Positions 28,870 through 42,750 of a stretch of 64,000 bases of DNA are shown here, in pieces. Each line of letters starts with the position of its first letter. The first letter of the stretch is position 1. The stretch comes from Eledone cirrhosa (lineage: Eukaryota). The DNA is taken from positions 60,574,001 to 60,638,000 of the forward strand of contig OZ024742.1 in NCBI GenBank assembly GCA_964016885.1, written 5' to 3'. Made by a program: the position numbers and the translations under genes. The notes below the pieces were generated by a model. That model searched no databases, was not told where the DNA came from, and was given only the letters and a program-made list of their open reading frames with translations.

Positions 28870-31035
28870 CAGTGGTCTCTGTCCTTCATCATCGCCGCCA
28901 TGTCCTTCGTCTCCCAGACACTAGTTTATGCTCTTGGAGCATCAATATATGTCAATATCAGTCACCCTCTTCTAGTGTGTCCGTGTAGGGGCTCCCACAG
29001 GAGCACTGAACGTCGGTGAGCATGTCCAGCTAACCTCTGTCTCCTCTGTGTTACTTTCGAGTTGACTTTTGGGAGGCTCCCATACAGCTCTGAGTTCTTC
29101 ATCCTCAGTGTATACTGATTAATGTTCAGAGACATCCTCAGCATTCTCGTGTAGCACCCATCCATCATCTGAGTGAGTTTATTGGTCAGTTTCCATGTCT
29201 CAGACCCGTACACCAGCACATACTCCACTACAACAATGAAGAGGCGGACTTTCAGGTCTTTACGAAGGTCCGACTTCCACATCGATCTCAAACTGTGGCA
29301 CGCTGCACAAGCTTTTCTCTTCATCACAACCACATCATACTCTGTGTTACCAATCTTTTCTCCCAGATACAGGAAGTCCCCAACCAACTCTAGCAGCTTC
29401 CCGCATACATTCATAATCTTCTCTCTGACTTCTTAATATTCTCTACCAGATATTTCGTACTAATCTCATTCATTCTCAGCCCCACACTCATCGATACGGA
29501 CTTCATCTCCTGCATCAACACTTCTGCCTCATTCTCTGTTTTTGTCACCATAATTATGTCGTCAGCAAATTCAGCATGTGATATATTTTTAGCCTTAACT
29601 CTCCTGCTCTGAGCCAGTGCTACAGTAAATCCTGTGTCTTGGTGTTTCTCCAGCGCGAACCGCATACAATAGTCCACTGGGATGATAGAAAGGTAGGGAA
29701 CCAATGTATCTCCTTGGAGTACTCCAGCCAGTATCTCAAAGTATTTCGTCAACCTATCAGGTGTAATGACTTGGGCTCTGCTGTTGGTGTAGAGCAGTGA
29801 TATCAGGTCCACTATCTTCTTGGGGATTCCATAAGCCTGCAAGATATTCATCAGTCAGTGACGGTCCACAAAATCAAAGGCCTTACTAATTTTAATGAAA
29901 ACCATAACAGCAGGACGGCTCTTTCCTCTAGCTCCCTCTAATATCCTCCTCAGCATCAGGATGTGATCGGTGGTTGATCTACCCTCTCTGAAGCCGTTCT
30001 GGTTGTCCCTAAGCTGCTTCTCCATCTCGCGCTGGATCCTGTTAAGAATCATCCTGTTGAGGGTCTTTGCCACAATTGACGTCAGTGAGATCCCCATGGA
30101 GTTGTTGGAGTTAGATAGATCTCCCTTCTTTGGCACTGGAACGATGTTACGCGTCCTCCACGAGGCAACTCTTTTCTCCAGTGCCTGGTTACAGAACTCC
30201 AGGATGATATCATCAAAATCACACCTCTTCATCACCTCTGATGCCACTCCATCTTCTCTATGGGCCTTGCCCTCCTTGATCTTCTTCTTGTATCTCTGAA
30301 GCCCTTCTCTCGCGATATCAAACAGCTGCCTGATCTCCCCAGTGTTGTGGGCTGTGGAAGGCGGCTCTCCTAGTAGGGTCTTAAAATGGTCGTCTTCCTA
30401 TCCTCGGACTCTGTTCCCTGGGTCGGATTCGAACTCCCTCCCTTCCTCCCTGTGATCTTGTTGATGATCGTCCAGCTCTCGTTACACCTGGGCCTGTCAA
30501 CCGTTCTCTCCACACTTCTGATATTCTCTATCACCGCTTCCTCTCTGGCCTCAGTGTGAGCAGTGTAGAGTTCTTCCTTCATCACCTCTATATTTTCCTT
30601 CCTCTCCACCCTAGGATCAACATGGAATTGGCCCTTGGCAACTTTCAGGTGTTCTCTGGCTGCACACACTTTCGAGTCTGCAGAGCTGACGTTCTTCCTC
30701 TTCTTCTCTCTCCTCGGCATCATGGTCTCACTTGCTTCTGCCACTGCATTGGTGAAGTACCCGTACCTCCTCGTCACACTTTGCTCAGTCCCTCCAATCT
30801 CTCTCCCCTCTGTCTCTCCACACAGAGCACTGAACCTGTTCCTCACTTCTACTGTGTACCTCTCCTGTAGCTTATCATCTCCCTTGAAAGCTCCCCAGTC
30901 ATAGATTGCTCTCCAGGGCTGAGCCTTACTCTTTCTTAAGCTCCCCCGGACCTTACTCATAACAAGCCGGTGGTCACTGCCCAGTGTACTGAAATAACTG
31001 TATGGTTCTGAGTTCAGAACACTATTCCACCACGT
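28870..31035 (-). mobile_element. RTE-clade LINE, 5'-truncated and frameshifted
   Basis: APE C-terminal GSDHRLV; RT motifs IVPVPKKGD, NQNGFREGRST, KAFD, GVLQGDTL, FADDI, FLYLG. Confidence 0.9.
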
Positions 31036-32125
31036 ATATATATATATATATATATATGACATATATGTAAACATACATTTACGCATATGTGCACATATGT
31101 TTGTATTATATATGTATAGGTAATGTATGTGTTGACGGTATGTGTGTTTGATATGTTATTGTGATTGTGTGCGTGCGCCGTATGTCGTTCAGAGTAAGAA
31201 TTACAATATATCTGGCGAATGCTTTAGCAGATTGAATTCCCAATGAGTGCGATGGAGTAGAACACTATAAACATTGACTATACGACTAAGATTTGATAAA
31301 AAAAAATATCTATCACAAAATGTGGAGATGAGCAATATAAAAAAAATATATAGAGAAACACCTGACAGTAAAGCCCTCTTACAATAATGGATCTCCGATG
31401 ACTGATTTGATTAATACATAAAGGTTGTCACCAAATTGGGAGTTGTGAGAATGTATCAGTAAGCAGTTATCTGCCTCTTATAATTTCAGCAGACATTACA
31501 CTAACGGCTATCCATTAGTCAGGTGGCCGGGTATGTCTACCACATAAAAATTCTACTTGTTTCTCTGGGTGACGAGAGCGGTTTTAATCGAGGATGTAGT
31601 GGTGGATGGTGTAGTCCTTAATATCCTATGGCGCATCCAATAATAAATTTACTATAAACATATGAGTTAACGAACCTGATTTTAGATATTTTCTGATAAA
31701 TCATTACAGGATATTAAATGTTAGTATAAATTTGCTGCATTCTGTATATTCAATCAACAGAAGAAAAAAAAGCTGAATTCGCCTGAGAAAATGGGTCATA
31801 CTGAATAGAGGTTAATCATTGAAGGTATCCTGGAGAGATTATGGGAAGAAAAAGGCTTAGCTGAATATAAATTCAGACTTGATTTAATTTTCCTTACCAC
31901 TTTCATTTGATTACTTAAATCAGTTTAGTGTGCAACGATCTTTGCAAAGAGATTTATAAAATTACAAAATTATATATAAATACATCTGCCTGTGAGTGTG
32001 GTGTATATTTTTCTACATGCACGTAGGTATGTATAAATATATATATATATATACACATACATATCTATACGTATGTATATATATATATATACACATACAT
32101 ACCTATACGTATGTATATATATATA

Positions 32126-32311
32126 AAACGAAGGAAATGTGGTAAGGAACCAGATGGACCATAACTCACCAAAGTACTCATAACTTAGGGTAGTAGAGTG
32201 GGTAATAGGAACGAGTACGAACTCGACGGCTGAGCTCAAGCCGTTTCGACGGCTAATTCTGGACTTAGCCGTTGAAACGGCTTGAGCTCAGCCGTCGGTG
32301 TGCTACTCGTT

Positions 32312-32316
<5 letters not shown>
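32126..32316 (-). mobile_element. Family F fold-back element
   Basis: Long arm 32126-32264, short inverted arm 32265-32316; (TA)n flanks. Confidence 0.85.
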
Positions 32317-32356
<40 letters not shown>

Positions 32357-32982
32357 ATATATATATATATATATAGATATATATATATAGATATATATTG
32401 TATTTATATTGTATTTAAAATTAATGTAAATGAACTATCGAAATACAACTTAGCAATACAACTTGTTTCAATGCATTATCCCTGCAAATCACGCATGCAT
32501 GTATGTAAGTATGTATATATGCGTGGTGACGTGTACATCTATGGGTATGAATGTTTTCATATATATATTAAAAATCCCATACACACACATTCATACACAC
32601 ATACACACATATGTTCACACATATGCATGCACACGCACGCACACACACACACGCACATATGAGAAACACCTGACAGAAAAGCCCTCTTACAATAATGGAT
32701 CTCCGATGACTGATTTGATTAATACATAAAGGTAGTCACCAAAGGATTGACACCGTCCATTCTCTTTTTCCAGCAAATGACACCTTTCATTCTTTTTTAT
32801 ATACACACGTATGTAATTACACAAATATGTGAATGCGTGTTTATTCCAGATATATTCAACTCATTCTACTGCAGTCGATGGTCCGAATCACGTATATCGT
32901 AACAAATATAGCAGTGAGATATGACATCATTGTAAAAATATACATATCAATTCATATATACATACATACCTATATATACATA

Positions 32983-33031
<49 letters not shown>

Positions 33032-33036
<5 letters not shown>

Positions 33037-33223
33037 GAAGGAAATATGGTAAGGAACCAGGTGGACCATAACACACCAAATACTCAATACTTAGGGTAGT
33101 AGAGTGGGTAATAGGAACGAGTAGGACTCCGACGGCTGAGCTCAAGCCGTTTCGACGGCTAATTCTGGACTCAGAATTAGCCGTCGAAACGGCTTGAGCT
33201 CAGCCGTCGGGGTCCTACTCGTT

Positions 33224-33228
<5 letters not shown>
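33032..33228 (-). mobile_element. Family F fold-back element
   Basis: Long arm 33032-33170, short arm 33171-33228. Confidence 0.85.
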
Positions 33229-33263
<35 letters not shown>

Positions 33264-33464
33264 GAGAGAGAGAGAGAAGTCTAAGCGTGTGTCGCTCTAT
33301 ATGTATTTTGTATCTGAATATACGAATTGATATGTATATTTTTACAATGATGTCATATCTCACTGCTATATTTGTTACTATATACGTGATTCGGACCATC
33401 AACTGCAGTAGTATGAGTTGAATATAGCTAGAATAAACACGCATTCACATATTTGTGTAATTAC

Positions 33465-33520
<56 letters not shown>

Positions 33521-33637
33521 CTGTGCGTGTATATGTGTGAATATATGTGTGTAGTTGTGTATGAATGTGTGTGTATGGGATTTTTAATATATATATGAAG
33601 ACATTCATACCCATAGATGTACACGTCACCACGCATA

Positions 33638-34405
33638 CGAGGTGTGTCAGAAAAGTTCCAGGACTGATGTCATAAAAGATTTATTTCAAACCCAAACTTC
33701 ACACCAAGAGTTTTCTCCTTCAAAGTAATCCCCCTGGAGTCTAATGCACTTTTCCATCCTTTTCTGACACGCTTGCATGCACTCCTGGAAGGATTCTTCC
33801 GGGATCTTCCACAGTTCCGTCGTCACGGCCTTTTTGATGTCGTCCACGTCTTCAAAACGGATCCCTTCCCGGTCGTACTCAGTTTTGACACCATCTTCGC
33901 GCAGACGTTCTGCATGTCCAAATATTCAGTGAGAGTCTTCCAGACGCTGTCTCGATTCATGCCCAGCTCATTTGCCATCAGTCGAACAGTCAGCCGACGA
34001 TCGTTACGCACCATCTGCCTGACGCGCTCAACGTTGATCTCAGTCCTGGTTGTTGAGGGCCTTCCGTCCTGAGGTCATCTTTCACGTCCTCGTGTCCTTC
34101 TTTAAACCTCTTGCATCACTCAAAAACACGTGAGCGTGACATCGTCCCAGTGCTTCTGGTGGAGTTTTCCCCAACCGTACCAGAAACTTTAAGTTTGTTC
34201 GTTGCTCTGTGCTCATTGCTTGACCACCTGAAACAGGACATGTATATAGAATTATGAAGAAAAACGTCTGAACGCTGTAGAGAGCTAAGATTACAGTTAC
34301 ATACTCCAGGGGGATTACTTCGAAGGAGAAAAATCTTAGTGTGAAGTTTGGGTTTGAAATAAATATTTTGTGACATCAGTACTGGAACTTTTCTGACACA
34401 CCTCG
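33638..34405 (-). mobile_element. Internally deleted mariner (Tc1/mariner) element
   Basis: About 100-bp imperfect TIRs starting CGAGGTGTGTCAGAAAAGTTCCAG; TA TSD at 33636-37 and 34406-07; transposase HTH remnant GRPSTTRTEINVERVRQMVRNDRRLTVRLMANELG...VCAKMV. Confidence 0.93.
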
Positions 34406-36004
34406 TATATACATACTTACATACATGCATGCGTGATTTGCAGGGATAATGCATAGTAACAAGTTGTATTGCTAAGTTGTGTTTCGATATGGAGTCTTCC
34501 TCACGTAAAGAAGGCTCGTATCTATTGGTATGTCTTCTATTTATATATTCAAATATATAGAATATATAAAAAAACCCATTATTTTACTATCTTTCAAATG
34601 GAAAAAATGCTATAGAAATGTTTATCAAATATCAAACAATGATTCGACTGAAACAACATCCCTAACAACAAATATATTCATGTTTATATCATTCCAGTCT
34701 TTGTATTGAGTAAATGTATTTATATTCCAAAAACAGACGATTAAATAATAAACCCATACAGTGAAATATGTAAACGTTCTGATTCATAGTCGATAGTATT
34801 ATTATCCAAGAGGCGTGATTTTGAATGTTAATTCCAAAATTGCTAACTTGAGAGGTTACATTTCATATGAAACACACAGGACTGTGAAATGAAAGAAAAC
34901 CGAACAATATATCTTCGATTAAAATGTTTTGGATTTTTCTTTGCGCGTTTGTCTTATGAATATCACTGGCGCTAAATACTCAATTTCTTTGGGCTGTGTT
35001 TATTCAAGAGAAACATGAAACTTCCTGTTCTATGTCTGCAACTATTCAGCAACTGCTAAGTCAATGCTGCTCATAATTTGAAAGCAGATTCACGTCCACG
35101 GCTATATGTTCTAGTTTGTATTTCTGATATTATTTAATTTTTCGGTGTGAATCAAATTATAAATTCAACACAGCGACAAAAACTAAAATGAGTATGATTA
35201 TGTTACATATAACATATGAGAATTGTATACTGTTGCAACAACTACATACGAAATGGTGCTTAAAAGCATAATCATATAAGTTCTGATTTTAACATTAAAA
35301 AAATTGATATGCTAACAATGGTGTTTAGTCGTCGTGGATTGCTCGTCTTGTTGAAGTATGAAGTCATGATTGTAAGGGTACTTACGGCGGCTTCCTTTTC
35401 GTTATGACTCATGAAATTGAGTAGCTTCCAAAAATCTCACAGGACAACATTCCAAGCTATAGTGTAAAATTGAGGCATTGTGTATGTCTTTGCTTTGTTA
35501 TTCCGAATTAATTTTTAATGATTTTTATCTTATTTTACGAAATATATTCCCTAACTTGTTAAAAGTGCCTATATTATAATGTAATATGTTGAATATATGA
35601 GCACACATTTATTTCCGTCACCAAATAAGAAATTTGTTAACTAATTAATAGTGACGTTTTATAATATATTGAGTCTAGTACTTGTGTTACTGTGACAATT
35701 ATATACTTAGTACTAAATATCTCCGTAAGATAATTTCTTTACCAAAAATATCTACTCTCCCTCTCTTTCCCTCTCCCTTTATATCTAAATCCAGACATTT
35801 TCCATTTTCCTTAATACAATCTTTGTAACTTTTCTTTCCCATTTTTATACTCTTCTTTTTTTTTTGTTTCTTCCGTTTTTTCTCCTTTCTTTCGTGTTTC
35901 CTATTCCATTTCTTTCTTTTGTACTTTCCTTATTTTACACCCCTCTTTACTTTACCTACTCCTTTTCTTTCAGTATAACTCTTTATTACTATTTCACTCT
36001 TATG

Positions 36005-36400
36005 CTTTGATCCACTTTTTCAAGTTAAACTTGGAAAGGAAGGTGACGGTGACAAGCGACGTGCTGCCTCCCAGTACATTTGTTAAAAGATGGGTGAAGA
36101 TAGAAAGGATGGCCAGAGTGAATGGGCCTCTCAGAGCATAGATAGACCTGTAGGTTAGAGAGTCCAGAACAACCAAGGGCATCTTCCTATGGCACTCTTG
36201 GCAATTAGGGTAGTTTTTGATGTGTGGTGTTCCTAAATTACAGCTGGGTGATGCTCCCCTCTATTGGGGATACTGTTTTATCATATACTCTTATTTGTTA
36301 CCTGTTTTCTTTGCTTTACACGTTTTATGTAAATTTTCACTGTACTTCTATGTTTATAGTTCTTTCTATGTCAACCCTAGTAGCAAATAAAGAAATAATT
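36005..36400 (+). mobile_element. 3' fragment of an L1/Tx1-like LINE related to 23080-23490
   Basis: Shared TTGGAAAGGAAGG...GTGCTGCC..CCCAGTACATTTG...ATGGGCC and AATAAA terminus. Confidence 0.7.
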
Positions 36401-36852
36401 ATTTCAAACGAATCATAGTGCGTTGGATAGGCGGAATCGGAAGAGTAACGATTGAAATGCTTTAGTTACACACCTTTATGTTCTGCGTTCAAAATATTCC
36501 AGACTCAACTTTGTCTTTCACCCTTCCATGGGACGATAAAATACTTGGGTCGAATTCATCCATGTTCACCTCCTCCAAATTACTGATCTTAATTAGAGTA
36601 TAAATGATAAATCATTATTTCTATCTTCACAAATATCACATAGCAAATCCTGTTTCTATAAATATTATTTAGAGACATGCAAGTTCTACATTTATCCGGA
36701 AAGTGTTTCGCTTATGCAAACATAACCGTAGGGTTTACATGTCATTCAGCAATGTATAACTCGACTTTACGTTTTTTTAAATATGTAGTACTAAGTTGAT
36801 TAATGGTCTTACTAGTCTTAATAGGTAACATCTATCTTATATATATATATAT

Positions 36853-37031
36853 AATTGTTTCTACTTTAGGCACAAGGCCAGCAATTAACCAGTGCATTAC
36901 TGGTACTTTATTTTATCGACCCCGTAAAGATGAAAGACCTCGGCGGGATTTGAACTCAGATCGTAAAGGGACGTAACTATGCTGGAAAGCATGGCGTCCG
37001 ACCCTCTACAGATACTGCCAATCCACCGCCC
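36853..37031 (-). mobile_element. SINE, full-length, in a TA run
   Basis: Reverse complement of the 12209 family, from GGGCGGTGGATTGGC to AGTAGAAACAATT. Confidence 0.88.
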
Positions 37032-39008
37032 TATATATATATATAATATAGATTATTATGATTTTTCATGGCTCAATAATTCATAATTCTAAAACAATCA
37101 TTTATTGAGATCTCTCTTCAAATAACCTCCCTGCCTCTCAATATATCTAATATTTATTAAATTGTACCGTTTTCGAAATGTGTGGTTGTCTGTTCATTTA
37201 CATAGATGCGGTTTGTAAAATTTTACATTTGTGTCTCAGTGTGTTAGAGCATTTGTGAATGTACGTGTATGTATGTGTTTTTGGATGAGTTTGTATTTGT
37301 GTTTAGCTAAAGTATGATTGATTTCTGAAATATTTCCCGATGTTTTGGTATTAGACAGATTGAAATAACACTAAACTCATGTCTGGTCAATAATTGATCG
37401 AACATTATGAATTGCTTGACATTTTCCAATCAGTTGTATCTGTTGAGAGGTTGTTTAATGCTATGACCTTATTAAGATTTTTGAGAATCAAATTTCAACA
37501 TTTGCATTCAGCAGACATAATGAAATCTATCGTAAAAATATTGTATAATAAATATGTTATTTCATGCTTGTTTGTTTTTCGTTTTATTTAAATATATAAC
37601 TTGACATTTATGAACAGTTTTATCGTATCTATAGTCTTTGAACGGTCATCTTATTCCTTCATTATATTTTCAATTTATCATACTTCAAAGATCACCATGC
37701 TGCCTGTTTTATATATCATGAATTTGTGAAAAACAGCGTCGTTGATTCCTAGATTTAAATGGCAGTAGTCGTCTGTCTTTTCGAAATTATTTTGTTTATT
37801 AAAGTTATAAAGTACATAAAGGCTGCATTATGCAACGTGTTTATTATTTTAAAATGGCTTGTTCAGAGGTTTTGCACCCACGGTGGTAAATTTTGCCTTT
37901 CATCCTTTTGTGTTCGATAACATAAACGACCAGCTAAGTATTGGTCTAACCCTAACCCTAACCCTAACCTTTCACCTCACCCATAATTGCTGGCCTTGTG
38001 CGAATATTAGAAGAAATGTTGTAATGATAACAATGTTTGGTTTTAAATAGATATAATTAATGTTTCTAGCCAGGCGAATGAAAATGCAGAGGCTTCCTTC
38101 ACGACTCTTTGAAAACTTTGTTGTTGTTCCTGATTAGTCTAAGTCGATTTACATCTAGAAATATTTCTATCTAAGAATTTCTGGACATCAGTATCCACGT
38201 CTTCTTCAGACTTAATATACATATGTATATTTTTCCAATATGCCTATGTTTTAACGAAGAGAGTAGGTTGTGATATGATGGAAATAAAGTTGCTGTATCT
38301 AAAATGTAGTGAGCCGATTTAAGTGATTCAGTTTGGTTTGGAATATATAAAATAAAGCATCTTATCGAATATTCTATATATTCCACTAATATTGGATCAC
38401 CAACATCTGTTATTTTTTTTTATTTACTCCACATATTTATATATATATAGTCATAATTTACATATTTATTTTTCCCTTATTTTCTGTCTTAGATATAGGA
38501 GAAAGTACAAGACCCATATTTTTGCATGATTTCTTAAGCAATGAAGATGAATCAGAGAGAGACCCCTTTATACTTGTGATGCTTCAGTAAAATTCAATGC
38601 GGGACATATTGAGCTGTTCTCAAATTTGAGATGTGGTCGTAATGCATGTAATAGAATTGAGCCTGCTGCCATCGTACAAAGTCCAGTCGTTTGTGTTTAA
38701 CATGACATGGCGACCGATTAGAACTATCACACAATGTTTGTGCATGGAATAACTGTGCATATGTTTCCAATGTAAAACTGTGAAACAAAAACTTGCCGAC
38801 GCAAATGGTATATTTGAATAGCGGAAGAATTGCATGTACCAAGCCATACAACAATTGTTATTATTGTACAAATATATATTCGTTTTAATCATATATACAT
38901 TCATCAATAATTTCATAAGGAATATTTAACGATGAAGTATTGTGTCTGATAATGATGACAAATGTGTTCTTGCAATATCAAATAGCAAATAGTTTTATTA
39001 TTGTCGTT

Positions 39009-39009
<1 letters not shown>

Positions 39010-39057
<48 letters not shown>

Positions 39058-39122
39058 TAATAATAATTATTATTATAATAATAACCATAATTATTATTAT
39101 TATTATTATTGTTATTGTTATT
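39010..39122. repeat. (TAA)n/(TTA)n microsatellite at the 3' end of the R4/Dong element; a second array lies at 43670-43758
   Basis: Read directly. Confidence 0.95.
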
Positions 39123-39124
39123 CC

Positions 39125-42100
39125 TTGAATCTCAGTCATTGATGTTGGTTAACTGGAAAGTCCGTTGGGTTGAATATCAAGCCACTACCTGCAGCCTCAG
39201 ATATTCAGGACGTATCGGAGGGTTCTTGCTGTTCCAAGCAAGCATGCCTTTTGAAGCGTTCCAAAAAGCGTGAAGGGGCCGATTTTCTTTAACCATCCCT
39301 GGAAACCTTTGGAGATAGTCCCCAGTGCGCCTATGACAATCGGGATCACTTTGACTTCACGGCAGTTCCAAATCCTTTTCACCTCCCACTTTAGGTCCTG
39401 GTTTCGGTTAATTTTCTCCCTCTCCTTCTCTTGCACTCTCGTGTCGAACGGGCAGGCCACATCCACAATCAGGCACGATCTTTTTTCTTTGTCCATAACC
39501 ACCAGGTCAGGTCTATTGTGTTCCAGTTTTTTGTCCGTCTGTATCCTAAAATCCCACAGCACCTTCACCTAACTGTTCTCCATCACCGCCTCTGGCCTAT
39601 GCTCATACCATTTCTCAGAATGTGGTAGATTGTTTACTTTGCACAGGTGCCAGTGGATCACCCTGCCCATCACATCGTGTCTCCAGCCCTTATAGTGGGT
39701 CTGGGCTAGGTGTTTACACTCGGACACAATGTGAGCCACAGTCTCCTCTCTCTCTCCACAGATCCTGCACAGTGGGCTAGCCTCCTCCTTGTAGATATGG
39801 TGCTTCAACCACTTCGTTTTGAGGGCCTGCTCCTGCGCAGCCATTAGCATTCCTTCTGTAGCCTTTTTGAGGTCTCCTCTTCTCAACCAGTTCCATGTCT
39901 GTGGATCTCTAAATTCAGTTTTCTCAAAGAAGGTACTATGAAGGGATTTTCCCTTAAGGCTGCTCTTCCTCCTTGATGTTATTTCCTCCTTGGACATCCC
40001 CTGGCCTACTGTCCCCTCCTTCAGTACAGTTCTGAGCATTGGCTCCTTACTATAGGTCACGTATTTGTATAGGTTGTTTTTCTCCATCTGAACACAGTCC
40101 TCTATGCTGATAAGACCTCTTCCACCCTCAGATCTCCTTAGGTAGAGTCTATCGACATCACTCCTCTTGTGGAACATGTTGTAGATAGTCAATAGCTTCC
40201 TAGTCTTCCTATCCATTTCTTTTTGTTCAGCAACATTCCATCTCAGAATTCCCGCACTGTACCTAATAATAGACACAGCTCGGGAATTTACTGCGCTTAT
40301 GGCATTTCTGCTGTTCAGATGTGACTTCAATACGCTCCTTACTCTCCGAATGTATTCAGTTCTTAACAATTCCTTCATTTTTTTGTTCTTTATGCCATCA
40401 GCCTCCAGAACGCCCAAATACTTGTATCCTTCCTCAGAGTCAATTTCCTTTATCATCTCACCTGTTGGTATCTGGATCCCGCTACTTCTGCTCAACCTAC
40501 ACCTCTTCATCACAATGACTCCACATTTACCAATACCAAACTGCATACATATATCACTGCTGAAAATACGGACAGTGTCAACAAGCACATCCAACTCCTT
40601 CTCACTTTTCCCGAAGAGCTTAAGATCGTCCATGAAGAGGAGGTGATTGATGGTAAGCTCTCCCCTTCCCAACTTGTATCCTGCTCTCACTTTTCGCAGC
40701 ATAATGGTCAAGGGCATCAGGGCAAGGACAAACAACAGAGGGGACAGGCTATCTCCCTGGAAGATACCTCTCTTGATCTTCACGCTTCCCAAGGATACTC
40801 CAGTTGATGTCAACTCTGTCTCCCAGGACCCCATACTCCTGCCCAGCAACTGTCTGATGTTATCTGCCACCCTGAAGACCTCCAGGCTTTTGGTGATCCA
40901 GGAATGAGGCACCATGTCAAATGCCTTTCTGTAGTCTATCCATCCCATGGCAAGATCAGTGTGTCTCCTCCTGCAATTCCCCATTACCATCTTATCAATA
41001 AGCAACTGGTCCTTTGTACCACGTGACTTCTTTCGGCATTCTTTCTGTTCGTCCGGTAACAAGTTGTTTGTGTGGAGGTGATGGTAGGTTTCCTCAGACA
41101 CAATGCTCGTCAACAGTTTCCACATTACGGGCAGACATGTGATAGGTCTATAGTTGGTAACATCATTACCCTTGATTCGGTCTTTCATTATCAGAACTGT
41201 GGTACCTTTTGTCAACCACTCTGGCACCTCACCCGACACCAAGCAGTCATTGAACATGGCCGTCAGCTTCGGGTGGAGGGATGTTAAATGTTTAATCCAA
41301 TACCCCTGCACACCATCTGGGCCTGGTGATTTCCAGTTGGTTAGTTTTTTGGCTTGCCCCTTAAGAGTTTCAACTGTGATACTCAAATCAGTCTGTTGTT
41401 GTGCCTTCTCACCGATCTCCCTCTGTACTGTCTCAATCCACCCTGCCTGGGCATTGTGTCTAACATCCTGCTCCCATATTCCTCTCCAGAATGTTTTAGC
41501 TTGTTCCGCCCCAGGGATCAAGTCGTTGCCTCTTTCTTTCCCCTCAAGCTGTCCAAACAGCATCTTCTGGTTGTTGTCGAACATGCGGTTCTGTTTATAC
41601 TGACTGACTCTGTTCTCGTATCGCCTGATTTTGGCACTCTTTGCTACAATGCGTTGCTTCAATTCCTCTATGATAATATTTAGCTTTTTACTCCTAGTTT
41701 TGTATTTTATTTCCAGTCTATTTTTAGTGCCTATGTTTTTTAGTGTCCCATTCAGTAGTGACTCAAGCTTTCCTATGTCATTTCTCATTTCCCCGATTTG
41801 CCCACTCAGTCGCTTCTTCCACCACGGCTCTGCTCTTTCTTGTCTGTTGTTTCCTCTCGCTTTTATACCAAGTAGTTTCCTCACCGTATTTGCTGTTGCT
41901 TTGAGGATATTGTTGCACTGGTGAAGACTCCTCGCCTCAAGGTATGGGATGACTTTGTTTACCTTAGCTGTTGTTTCTTTTAACTTTTTCCTGTCTACAA
42001 ATCTTAGGTTCATAGGTCTCCCACTATCATTGTTCAATTCATCTACCACTAGATTTAGGATGTCAACCGAATCTTGTCCTAGCCCGTCAGCATTCATCTC

Positions 42101-42750
42101 CTCAGTGGCCGTATCTCTGTTCCAGGTATTATTTATCTCAGTATTCAGATCATTGTCTGCTTCGGGTGGTTCCTCCGTTCTCAGGACCTCCTCACCTTCA
42201 TTTCCCACCGGCTCGCTTGTCTGGCATACTACACCCGCCATCTCCAAGCCATTCTCTCTGCTCAGTTCCTCCAGTTCCAGCTCGCTTATCCACCCATTAG
42301 TTCTTATTACCCGAGCCTGCCCGGCCAATTTTTGTTCATCTAATTTAAATAAACCAATCTCGTTCCAGATGTTATGCATCCGTCTCCTGTAGCCCCTCTC
42401 CTTGGGGTTACTTTTCAGGTAGCATTGCATAACAGTTCTATTCAATTCTTTCGTCCAGTTGGTTCTGGCCCCTTTCCTTCTTCTTCTTCCTCCAACATCA
42501 GCAGTATTTGGTTGACAGTCAGGTTCCTGCTGCTGAGCCAGGGGGCACCTGTTGGGTGAGAGTCTGTCACATGACGTTCTAGTCTCCATTTCACCGTTAT
42601 TCGAACTGTTTATGTTCGATATTTAAACACTCTTATCGAGGATTGGCGAATGTATGTTTACATAGCCATCTGTGGATCCGCCATCCCACTTGGCCCTTGT
42701 GTGGCATTATCACCACGCTGTATACGAACACACATAAACAAACAAACACA
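39125..42750 (-). mobile_element. R4/Dong-type non-LTR retrotransposon (RT plus RLE endonuclease), near full length; 5' boundary uncertain
   Basis: Single frame 42589-39197; short 3' UTR running into (TAA)n. Confidence 0.9.
39197..42589 (-). pseudogene. RT-CCHC-RLE polyprotein of about 1130 codons with one in-frame TAG at 39569-39571
   Basis: KSPGPDG, YRPITCL, WIDYRKAFD, GIFQGDSLSP, LFMDDL, YKYLG, CRICGEREETVAHIVSEC, RHD, RPDLVV...IVDVACP...K. Confidence 0.93.

Larger units (their letters stand above)
32437..34489. repeat. Genomic inverted duplication with arms at about 32437-32955 and 33323-34489
   Basis: Arms are diverged reverse complements; the right arm is interrupted by the mariner and the left by an approximately 150-bp insert. 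Confidence 0.88.

Noticed and set aside
40299-42392. Plus-strand ORFs over the R4/Dong ORF, and similar shadows over the PLE and RTE ORFs
   Set aside because: Antisense shadows of retroelement coding sequence with no motifs of their own
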